Source: Takakia lepidozioides (taxonomy: Eukaryota; Plantae; Bryophyta). Taken from it: a DNA stretch of 64,000 nucleotides. The notes beneath the pieces are model-generated. The model was not told the origin of the DNA and ran no database searches. It saw nothing but the letters and a program-made list of their open reading frames with translations. Within the stretch, counting starts at the first letter, position 1. Every line of letters starts with the position of its first letter. The stretch is from positions 30,504,001-30,568,000 of the forward strand of contig CM060734.1 of assembly GCA_030704615.1 (NCBI GenBank), in the 5' to 3' direction. Positions 10,606-21,567 of this stretch are shown in pieces. A program made the position numbers and the translations under genes.

Positions 10606-13600
10606 ATGGATAACAAGAAGCTGAGCAGCAAAGACAAGAAGTCGAAGCGAAAAGAGGTGCGCCTCAATTTCTTTGAGAATCTCCTTCAACAGATCGCTTT
10701 CTATCCAAGCCCAGCAAGAACTTAGAGTTTAGTTCATATGAAAGCTATCGTGTTGGAGAATCTTCCAGCGAGTTTCAAGTCGCAGAACCCACCGTCCCAG
10801 AATTTGTTGAAGCTATGAAACATCGGAATATTCTCGCTGCTGGATGACAGGTTTGGTGATTGTAGTGATTGAGAGCCATCTATGAAACATTTGGGTATCT
10901 GAAGATTTACTCTATTATCCATGTAAGCTCCTGCAGCAGGAGTTCTCTACCTTGGCAATTGAATATTTCAAATCTACGTCCTGACAGTCGTTAAGACAAG
11001 ATCTGAAATGCTGTACACACTGCCATGATGGTAGTCTTTTGAGCTGAGGAGCAACCTGAACTTACAACTTGAAGGCTTAATAGGATGCTCTCTTCACTAC
11101 CTCTAGAGCTATAACCGCACAGTTTAATTGAAATAATGTCCAACCATTGACCCTGTGAAATTTTGTGGAATAAATCACACGTTGTTGCTGCCACATAAAG
11201 TCCCAGCATCCTTGGAGCTGAGAATGCTTTTCAATCATGTCAACCATGGTATCATAGCTAGTGGCTGGGATTGGATTGATATTGGATGGGGGAAATCCAC
11301 TATCTTCAACCCGAGGTGTCCAAGGTCTGTAAGTAGTTCTGTTGTGTTGTACAGCTCCATCAATATTCTAACACGCATAGACTGTCATGCCCCCAGGAGC
11401 TAGCCAAGAAGAAGGCTGTTGATGACTACGTAAGAGCAGCATGTGCAAAAGCAGCTCCAATAGAGGAGTTTGCCACTTTTCTGCAATATAACCGCAATGG
11501 TGAGGGGGACCCCAGCTAGACACAAATTGCACCCTCCATTTGGTCATGTGAAAGGATGTAGATTTCTCTCAACTCTGTCTTATGTCTCTAGTGCAACTGT
11601 TTTTTAAATCAAATTTGTGCATTGACATTGGGAAGCTTCATCAGAATGCAATTGCCCAAGTTGGCTCAAGCTCTCTGGATGTTCATATCGTCTTCTTTGT
11701 CTCTGAAATCCCATAAAGTTGACTGTCTGGCTGTCTATCTGTCTTTCTATCTCTCACATACTTCATGTTCAGTAATTTGCAGCAAAAACGTTCCTGTTGT
11801 AAGACCAGCTTGGTTGAGATGGAAATTTTGGGCTTGTACTAACCATTGGCTTTGAAAAGCCCACTGAGGGAAACCACGCCCAGCAAGTGTGATAAGATGT
11901 TGGTCAAAATGAATTTGAGATTATGCTCTTCAGAGAATGAAGTTTTGGTAAAGATCCGGTGCTAGCATGCACCTAGGGGCACAAATTTGTCTGGGCGTTG
12001 TGGGCTCAACCCTTGTGATATGCATCCAGTCCTGGGTGGCTCTGGTGTTGTTGACAGGCTTGAATCTAAGAATGGAAGCAGCAGTGGGAGAAAACTTGTC
12101 TCCACCTTTAAAACGGTATATGCAAGACCTGCTCAAGGTCAGATTCTTCTCATCTTTCACACACCTCATGCCTTATATCAGCATTGGTACTTTGGGCTTA
12201 AGTCTTACAGTTTCTTGAGTGTGATATACTTAAGCGCCTCTATTGTGGTGAATCACATGTGAAAGGCCAACCAGAGCCGACTTGAAGCTTACACATGCAG
12301 GTCTATGTGGCAGAGCAGGTAAACATGGAGGGGCCTTATGGACCTGATGAATGGCCACATGAAGAGAAGACAAAGCGTCGTGATATGGTGTCCCCAGAAG
12401 CACGCTACATCATTGTCAGGAAAAACCCTATCGAGGAGAGCATTATGGCCTCAGAGCCCAATGAGTCAGAAGAGGGCCACAAGTGCTTGTGGATAGGTGA
12501 TAGTGAGCCTGTGGTTGCATTTGCCCAGTATAGATTTGTAGTGGAGCATGACTTGCCAGCTCTGTACGTTTATGAGCTGCAGCTGGAGCAATGTGTTCAA
12601 GGAAAGGGGCTTGGCAAATTCCTGATGCAGTTCCTTGAATTGATTGCACGAAAGGTGTGTCTCTTTCCTTATTTTGTCCTGGGAGCATAAGGGTAAACTA
12701 GATATGTTAATTTCAGCTCATGCTCTGTTATAGGTCAGTCATTCTCTTTGCCAACATCGAGATGTGATAAGTGGTCCCTACAATCAAGAATGGCTTGGGT
12801 GTTGATTGTGTGTTGATTTAGTTATACAAATTCATCTACCAGTCTATCCTGAATGAATTATGTAGTTGGAGGACTCGTAGATAATCAAGACGATTTCTAT
12901 GGTGTGATGACATCACAAGAACCAATGACAGAAGAGCCATAAACCGTATTTAACATGCATTTGTCGCAAATAAGAGCCAGAGAGAAGAAAGAAAGAGGTA
13001 ATATTATGTTCGTGGGAGACCCAAGGGACACAGAACAGGGCAAAACCACTGTGGCATGGTGTCAAAGAAGGTACTCAGAAGACATTTGCCATAGCCTTCT
13101 GGTCATAAACCCCACATCTAGTTTGGGCAGAACAAGAGGGAACAGACACTGCCTTTGTGAGGGGCTCACTCCAGTGATGGGACACAGTGTTGACGAATGT
13201 ACTCATAAGACTTCGTTTGCGGTAGCCTTGTGGCCATAGACCCTCCGCCCAGTTTGGTCGGAAACATAGGGAATAGACACCACCTTTTTGGGATCCACTC
13301 CAGTAGTGTGACCTACCCTTGATGTAAACAATTACTTTGGGCTTTCCAGATATCCTCTTGAAAGCCCTTTCACACAAGCATCAATGTGCTGTGTGTGAGC
13401 AGCCCAAAAGTTAGACCCAACAGGACCAGAGCTTTAGATTCAGCCTTGAGATTTCGAAAGTCTGTAAGAGGGAGTGAGGGAGAGGAAGTCTTGAAGCAGC
13501 TTGCAGATGGTAAAAAGTTGATTGTGAAATTGGTTTTCAGAATTTGAGGAGCAAGTTGGTTGGCTTGGCCTGTGGGGGATACAGAACAACATGAAGGCAG

Positions 13601-14753
13601 TTGTGCTCACAGTGCAGAAAAGGAATACAGGAGCCATGTCTTTCTATACCCAGAAATTGAGGTGCAGAGTCTTCTTCTACTATCTTGGCCTTCTTTGTTG
13701 TCCTTCCATAGAATGCCAGTATTGGCATAACTTTTGGCAGAGTCATAGTAGCAGGCCCTCCCCTGGGTGCGACACGAGAGAATTCACTGTCTATAAGACT
13801 TCTCAACAGTTGGGAGTTGTGATTGTTAAAATATGTGAATGCATAAGCTATCGTTTGAAGGAATAGGAAATGAACTCATATGTAGTTGATCAAGTACATC
13901 AAGTTGCACAATACTTTCATTGGTCAACTTTTGGCTTCTCAAAGTGTGAGGTCTTGTGGAGATTAAACATATGTGGGACAACTGGGTTGTTTTATATAAT
14001 GCCACCCCTTTGAGTGTGACCCATTTTGTTTTGCATTGAGGTGCTGTAGGTATGTGATAGCAAGCATTTCGCCATCAAGGTGGGCAGACACTCTGGTAAG
14101 CACTTGTTGGTAATCTCAACTCAAGGGTTATAGCAAGTTACAAGCAGACATAGGAAATGGAGATTCAGGTGTTACAGAAAGCATACTCTTCACCTTTCAG
14201 AACCACTACCGACAGAGTTTCGTATTACTGTACTTTAGTTCATATGTGTGGATGCGCTCACACTTCCCTTCTGCTGTGAGGTCGGTTGTCTTTTCTGCAA
14301 GTTCTGTGATAACAAATTATAGATGAAATGCTCTTCAGAGTGGCACAGAGAGAACCTATGAAATTCTTTGCAAGACATTTGATGCAGAAGCCAGGGGCAT
14401 CTTGGAGGTGAGTCTCTCCCTCCCATTGATTTTACTACTTTCCCAGCCTCTTTCACCTAGACAACTGATGGTGGGTGAAGTCTGTATTTCTGTAAATAGC
14501 ACCTGAAAGTTTCCATATAGTTTCCATGTGAAAGTTCCATATAGCATTCTTAACTGCATGAATTGTTCAAAATCCCAATCTGACTATTTTCTGGGAATAT
14601 TTGCATTATCATTCATGGAGAAGCCTCTCTTGGCATGTTGCAAATGGATTTCTACCTACGGAGAACTGGATAGATTGGCGGTCAAGACTTCAGACCAATA
14701 CTTGTTTTTCTCGTCTGCAGGAGGGTACTGCTGCTTCCCACTTTGGTCACTAA
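10606..14753 (+). CDS. NAA40: N-alpha-acetyltransferase 40 (GNAT family)
   Basis: Eight in-phase GT-AG exons: 10606-10656, 11397-11499, 12058-12137, 12319-12654, 13585-13661, 14050-14095, 14339-14407, 14721-14753. Motifs include NMEGPYG, LYVYELQLE..VQGKGLGKFLMQ, VLTVQKRN and YEILCKTFD. Confidence 0.92.
13196..13480 (-). mobile_element. Older copy of the same LINE 3' end, in NAA40 intron 4
   Basis: Minus strand reads LKAESKALVLL..FWAAHTQHIDACVK/GFQEDIWK and ends GGCCACAAGGCTACCGCAAACGAAGTCTTATGAGTACATTC. This matches 8690-8940. Confidence 0.85.
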
Positions 14754-15459
14754 ACTGTCACAGGTGCAATCACTACCTGTGGATATTGATAAACTTCGCA
14801 GGTGTATAGTAATAAACAGACAGGTTTCAAAGACTCTTCCAGACTGGGTCTAAGTGGCCAGTTAGGTCAGCTTAAAAGCACCTCCTTAATAGTGAGATTT
14901 CGTTATGGAACACAGGGATTAGTTGGGAGAGACTTTAATCACCTCCTTTACAGTTATGGCCACCGACAAAACTTTCAATGCATTAATTTAGGCCCAGGTA
15001 GACTTTGCTGTCATACTGGAATATGTTGAGTTTCGGACTTGATTTGATTTGAATGGACCTTGTAAACCCATGGATGAAGAAATATTGGATATGGTCGCCC
15101 CAGCAGATGAAATTGAAGAAGACGATGAAGATATTGCACTCCCCCAAGTGCCAGTCTTGTTATTTTCTGACATCAAGTTGCCTTTGCCACTATGCACTTG
15201 TACCTTACACAAGAGTCCTATGATACGTCTCATTGTCTTTCTAAGTGTTTGTCAGTCCAGAAACAAGTGCTTGAGCCTAGACTCTCTAACTCTTGTTTTC
15301 TTAAATTCCACCCTGCTTTCTGGATGTGTTATATATATTTTTTGGTTATTCTAAGCTCGCAACGATAATCTAGGGTCAGCTATATCATAAAGATACAAGA
15401 CAACTTGATTGATATATTACAAAGGAAAAAATTGCCCAAACATAGTGGACTTACCTAGC

Positions 15460-17386
15460 TTATTAGGCACTTCCGTGCCTAATAATTAATAAAAATGGAA
15501 TATTATTCGAATAGACTATGCTTACCCAACGAGTCCAACGAGTTGAATGCAAGCACGGGAGCCTTGCCGGTACGGTCGCGGGGGATGGCCCTATTGGCGA
15601 TGTTCCTGCACTGTGAAATCCCACCCCCTCCCTTCTCCCCTCTCGCCTGCAAGCCTGTTGGAGCCACAAATTTTGTATGCTAAAAATCAGAGTGTCGCCA
15701 TCACCAATTTTTATTTGGTTTCACACTTTTCCAAAACTCAACCTGAATTTAAGTATTGTTGCCAGCCATTGTACCAATTTTTTTGAATATAATCGTCAAT
15801 TCAGTTCCAAGGAGCCTGCTGACTGTAGCCATGTCTATGAAACTTCAAAAATGAAAAAAAAAAAAGGGCTGGTGCGGGGCAGCGCGCCCACACGCTTGGC
15901 TTGGCTTCATTGTCAACGTAAAGAACCTCATCACTTTTGAGTGTGTACGGAGGAGTACGTTATATTTGGAGTAGTACGTTATACAGTCAATCCTGTTTTA
16001 CTGTTGTTATTTCACTCTAAATATTATGGTTTTGTGCACAAAAATACACTAGAAACCATGTCAAGAGTATTAAGTGGTTAATTGTTACTTTATCCTAACT
16101 CTTCATAGTGTTAACGCACCACCATGTAGTTAGATTCCTAAACTTGTGAGGCTTTGGCAACTACAAGTACAAAGTAATGAAAATAGTAAAGAGAGGGAGG
16201 GGAAGAATAGAGGTCCGACCAAGCAAGATCTAATTCTGATCTATGTTATCAACTGCCAGACTTCTCTCAAAGTGCCTCGCTCTGCATGATGGTAAGGTGT
16301 GGGAGGTATATCTATATCCAGAAACCTGTCACTAACCTTATCCCAAGCTACAGTAGCTCGCTCTAACCAACCCTCCTCTTCTCTCTGCCAGGTAGAGACA
16401 AAACAATACTCCCCTATCTCCCGCTCACTGAATACTAAAGAAAATAAAGGTAGGGTCTGACAGTCTCTCAACTCAAAAGCTTTGAGACGGTTGCGGGTGT
16501 CCTCGTTGCGAATGACTGCATCTCCTTCAAGCAGAACAAACTGTTTGTTGCTAATAAACTCCGTTCGTGGTTGCCTCGTGCAGAGCGTGTCCGGCTGCAA
16601 CCACGTCTGATTGCAAAAACTTGTGCAACTCCTGCTTCTCTGCTCCAGTACACCACGGCCTTGTGGCTGAATACCTTGGTCCCCGGGGCTGTTTTTGGCT
16701 GTGTTCCAAGCCTAGCTTCCACCCACTTTGGTATTTTACCTACAGCTGCAGAACTGCTTGCTCCAATAGAGTTCTGACTGTCCAAAGCAATATTGAGGCC
16801 CTCAACGCCAACTACAGTAGTTTGTTGTCTATTGCTAATGCCTGACTCCCAGTATGCAATCAACTCGTCCAACTGCTCTCCACTCAAATCAGTCTGAGTT
16901 CCTTGAGAAACATAAATCTTGTCCCCTTGTGTGCACAGGCTAAGAGAAGAGACCTGCCCTTCAATTACGTCCTCATTTCCCCCAGCCATACAAAGAGGAC
17001 ATCCCCAGATTTGTCTCTCATGTAGACCACAACAGGTTCTAGAAACAGAATTGTGGATCTTTCATAGCACACTCACACTCACACTCACACTCAAAAAATT
17101 CCATAGATTTTTAGCAGAGTCCAAAAAACTAAAACCGGGTCTAGATAGGTAGATGTCTCTTTTCTACAGCTATCCCCTCAAAAACTGCGTCAAACGGAGC
17201 TCATTTGACAAAGATATGACCAACCAGGCTCTATAAAATTTAAATTTGATCAGAGAGGGATTTAAAAAAATTAAACTACACCCAAAGTACCTGGTCACTG
17301 GTTCCCAGTTCCCTACTGGTCATCTTTGGAACATGTGACCACGATCGTGCTAGCTGCTTCCCGCAAGCATGGTCATCTTGCTCGTT
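15460..17386. mobile_element. Putative Helitron-like (rolling-circle) element carrying an unknown ORF
   Basis: Left: perfect hairpin TTATTAGGCAC-TTCC-GTGCCTAATAA. Right: hairpin TGCTT-CCCGC-AAGCA inside GACCA...TGGTC, followed by CTCGTT, which resembles a Helitron CTRR end. Confidence 0.45.
16241..16989 (-). pseudogene. Unknown intronless protein of about 250 aa, split by one frameshift
   Basis: Overlapping ORFs 16468-16989 and 16241-16600 appear to join near 16590-16600. No family recognised. Confidence 0.45.
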
Positions 17387-18899
17387 CTAATTTGGAGAGT
17401 ACGCAGCAACAGATACCCGAGGTCTTCAGTTTCACATGAATCGTGTAGCAATGCAGGCAGGTCTACGAGGATTCGCACTGAATGTGACCTCATGCGGAGC
17501 GTCGGTGCAGGAAGTATGGCTTTCGATATGCAGGTCTCGGGTCAGGCTCTCTGTAGCCTGGGCGTGCATATTGCTGCCGATATTGGGGCTCTTTCAAATT
17601 GACAGAGACTCTCCAGAGGTTTGCATCCATTGTTGTTGTGTATTTGCTGATCCTGGACAGCATATCAACTTGCTGAAAGCTGTACTGGTGCCTTTCATTA
17701 CACTCAACTTGTCCGGCTTCTTGTTCTCTGTTTAGGTTTACTATTTCTCCCAGCCACGGCGATTGGGCCAGGTACATCAGACCATCAACGTCAGTTCTGT
17801 TCACAGCTCCACCATTGCAGGCCGGTTTGTCGATGGAGCTAGCTATTCGTCCTCCATTGGTGCCGATACCATTGACTGGGTCAGAAAAGTATTCATTCAA
17901 CAGCCTCTCCTCGTCTCTGTTACCTGTTTTTGGATACTTCCCTCTTGCTCATGAATCCTTTTCAAACCACTTCACAAGCGCGCTTGTTGTTTACGGGACC
18001 TCCTAGGAGTAATCTCTGTGTCCACCTCTTTCTTCACGGCAACCTCCTTCTTTGAGAGAGTTAGCTCAAGAGGGCATGACGATGACATGTAGGGACTAGT
18101 GATGCGACCATGTGCTCGGTAGGTTGGCGGCGCTGCTTCTGGGCCTTATTTGACCTGTATGTATCAAATGATCCTCATCTGTAGTAGACCCTGCCTCTAA
18201 CAAATGGGGAAGGTCACCGACCAAACTGACACAATCATAGTCCATTGTTGCAATTGCAGAATTGGTCTGTACTATGGATAAATGAGCACTGACGCCTTCC
18301 CGGTTCTGTTCAGGCAGTGCTGTGTCAGAAGGTCTGGTGGCAAGGGTAAGGTCCACTACCATTCTCTGCTTCTCGGCAGATGTTGCAATGGGGGGGAAAG
18401 GAATTGCTCCTCTCATTTTCGGCAACTCGTATGTGCCAGGGAGGATGGGCGTTGCTTCCTGGGTTATCGCCAGGTGTCCAGGTGGTCTGATGTCCTGCAC
18501 TGGCAAAGTTTGCTGATGTTGGAATGGTGAGGTGTTGGCGTCCATACCTGCGTCACGATGCACTTCTGCGGTGCATTTGTCAAGCAATGTACCAGCCAGG
18601 GTGTCCTCCGGCAAGGTCTGATCTTTTCTCCTCTGCTCCAGCAAGGTCTGATCAGGTCTGCACTGGTCGGGAAATGTCTGCTCTGAGACGGTGTGGTGTG
18701 GTGTGGTATCCTCTGGTCTTTTGGGGTATGGTCTGTTGAGCATTCCAAACAAGCTCGTCCTCTGGATCATACTCTGCAACATGTCACAAACACGTCAAAA
18801 ACAAAGCACTCATCCCTGGTCTGCTAACAAACGGAAGAATACATGGGGGTTTGATTCACATGGGGCTCTATTGGTTGTCATGGTTCATAAAGTCTGCTA

Positions 18900-19012
18900 G
18901 AAGGTCTTCGTTTGTGGTCAACGTCAAGGTCTGTTTAAAAGGTCTGTTCCAAAGGTCTGTGTAAAAGGTCTGTTTAAAAGGTCGGTGTAAAAGGTCTGTT
19001 AACAAGGTCTGC
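18900..19012. repeat. Tandem repeat of about 16 bp (AAGGTCTGTTT/GTAA)
   Basis: AAGGTCTGT recurs at 11-21 bp spacing. Confidence 0.8.
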
Positions 19013-20577
19013 AGAGCTGCAACACGGTCCTTTGCTGGAAACCCGCTCCAGAGCACTTGGAAAACATGTCGTTTGTTGAATGCAATGTTGAAAATCGCAC
19101 GCTCCTGCACAGTCACAAACCACATCATGGCATCTTGCGTTATACTTTCCCGAGCCTCTTCGCTTCCGTGCAGCAAGTCCATCCGCAGGTTGTGAAGGTC
19201 TTTTTTTAATTTGGTGTAAGACCTGAAATTGCCAAATTGCATCCATTGACGGCGGAGGAAACAATCTGCCATCTCCTCAAAAGCAGTCTCTGTCAAGCTC
19301 GCTAAGTGCTTCGGACGAACACCAAATATTGGGTGGGCGATGGCCATGTGCTTTATCTCCAGTGGGCGTGGGTCGTGCATGAGAAAGAGTTGCGCAATAA
19401 GCGGTGGCTCGGTCTCCTCAATGGGCTTTGTCCAAAACACGAGTCGCCTCCTCCGCCGTGAACTCCATTGAGGAGTGCTGCGGAGCAAAGGTCCACCGGG
19501 AGGCGACGATGCGGTGAAGCTCATTGTACCAGTCCAGATGCCGATTGCTTTCCCCACAACAAAACTTCGGAAGAGTAGGGTCCTCCTCATCAGTTGTAGA
19601 CCGCTATGGAGGACGCCAGGGTTTGCCAAATGGGAAAACAGTTCGACCACGCAATGTGGTCTGCTGAGGGTTTGCTGAAGAGGTACGAAGGTCCGCTGGA
19701 GGACGGGTCACGGAAGAAAGGTCCACTGAGCCGGGTCTGCTAGTCTGACCGGCGCTGTCAAAAGCCTTTACAGCAGACGGAGGGAGGCCTGCTGCGCGGC
19801 CAGTGGTACCATCCTGAATTGATGCAATGGCATCAGCCGACTGTGGATACAGACTCAGGATGTAGTCACGAATATCACGGACCTCATTCCGGACAAGTGT
19901 ATTTTCCAAGGGAGGACCGTTCAACCTGTACTTCCAGATTTGCAAAGCCCTGTACACTCGGTTGTCTTGTGCATTCGCCTCCTGAAAACAAACAGCAATA
20001 TTGGCCTTCACATTAGACCAGTAAACCATAGAGCAGTAGACCATAGACTAGTAGATTGGGCCTGACAGCAGACCAGTAGACCATTACAGTAGACCAATAG
20101 AGCATAGTAGTAGACCATAGTCGTGGACCCATGCAGCAGACCATAGCCACGGCAGTAGTGCGTCTTTCAAAGCAATTGCAGTACCATGTTGCGCAAAGCA
20201 GACCCAAAACAGTAGACGGTTCGCAGCAGACCACATATATAATAATAATAAAAAAACACTATGATTTGCAACAGAGGAAAGTAGTCGCACGGTTCTAGAC
20301 CTATAGAGCAGACCACAACCAGAACAAGTAATGCAGTACCATGTACAGAATAGCAAACCCATAACAGTAGACCGACAGCAGCGGGCCACACATACAACAC
20401 CCAGCATAACATATCACTAATTGCAACCAGGAAATCGAAAGACTCAAATACGGTAGGACGGCAGAAAGAGTGGTTCAAGTACCTGGAGGCCGTTGTAGTC
20501 TTCATCCCTTGGGTGTGATCGTGCCTCCACCCACTTCTTCTCGGCTGTATCAATGGTCTGCTGTATCTGCCCTGATC

Positions 20578-21567
20578 TCACATAAGCATACAAAAAAAAG
20601 GGAAAAAGTCCGGATCTGATTCATCTCGGTACTGGTCTGGCAGAAGACCGTAGGGAAGCAGGTACAATGTGCCGGGGCGAACAGGGGTGCCCGTTACATC
20701 TCCATGAGCGTCAGTCAGGGTCTGCTGTTTCTTGGTCTGCTTGTTGGGTCTGATATGTGGTGGGCGTCGTGGGTCTGTTTGAGGGTGTGATTCTTCCATG
20801 GGGATGTCCGAGTCAAGGGTTATGTCATGTACCGGCGGGGCGTACCCAATGGGGTCGTTCACCAAGCACGGTCTCACAAGTAGTCCCGGCCGCTCCGTCG
20901 ACATGTCCTGAACATGATCCTCCTCTTCATGAGAGTCTTCCTCACTTGAGTCATCCCCACTGGACGACAAAGTTGAAACGACAACCTGTGGTCTGCTGGT
21001 GTTGGTCTGCTGGGATTGACCTGGTTGCAATTCTTTGCTACTCACTCTCATATCCCGTGGTCTGCCAGTACTGGTACTGCCGGATCTGTGACTTTTGCGG
21101 TCTACATTTTTTTTAGCTCCATCACTTAGCTTCATTTTCTTCACTGGCACAACGAGGCCGGGGCTCAACAGGCCGACTTCAGTGTAATAACGCTGCCGCA
21201 CTTCCTCAACAGACCGAGCGACGACATGCGCACCCCTACACTTTGCAGTGATTTCTTTTGCGGCCTTAGATGAACTTGACTTGGGCCAAGGCTTGAAGTT
21301 CTCAGGGACCATACCTTTGCATCCTCCATCAAGGGCATGGCGGTTTAGAGTCTCTTTGTCCTTGACAATATCGGGGCAAAAGGGGCACTGAAACCGATCC
21401 TTTGGCCAGTTCTCTTTCTCATTCGCTACGCGCAAGTCCAAAAATGCTTCTACTATTTTAGCATCGTACTCACTTGGCTCATACCAGTACCTTCTCTTGG
21501 CTTTGTGGCGAGGGGCATGCACATATTCCACCCAATCGGCTCCGCCCTTTGGGCAAGCTTCTTCCAT
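20578..21567 (-). CDS. Element-encoded protein, first exon, with a C2HC-like zinc finger
   Basis: 329-aa ORF with FQCPFCPDIVKDKETLNRHALDGGC followed by a Ser/acidic low-complexity tract. Probably spliced to ORFs at 19604-19985, 18868-19650, 18096-18782 and 17490-17900. Confidence 0.55.
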   Translation of the reverse strand: MEEACPKGGADWVEYVHAPRHKAKRRYWYEPSEYDAKIVEAFLDLRVANEKENWPKDRFQCPFCPDIVKDKETLNRHALDGGCKGMVPENFKPWPKSSSSKAAKEITAKCRGAHVVARSVEEVRQRYYTEVGLLSPGLVVPVKKMKLSDGAKKNVDRKSHRSGSTSTGRPRDMRVSSKELQPGQSQQTNTSRPQVVVSTLSSSGDDSSEEDSHEEEDHVQDMSTERPGLLVRPCLVNDPIGYAPPVHDITLDSDIPMEESHPQTDPRRPPHIRPNKQTKKQQTLTDAHGDVTGTPVRPGTLYLLPYGLLPDQYRDESDPDFFPFFCMLM

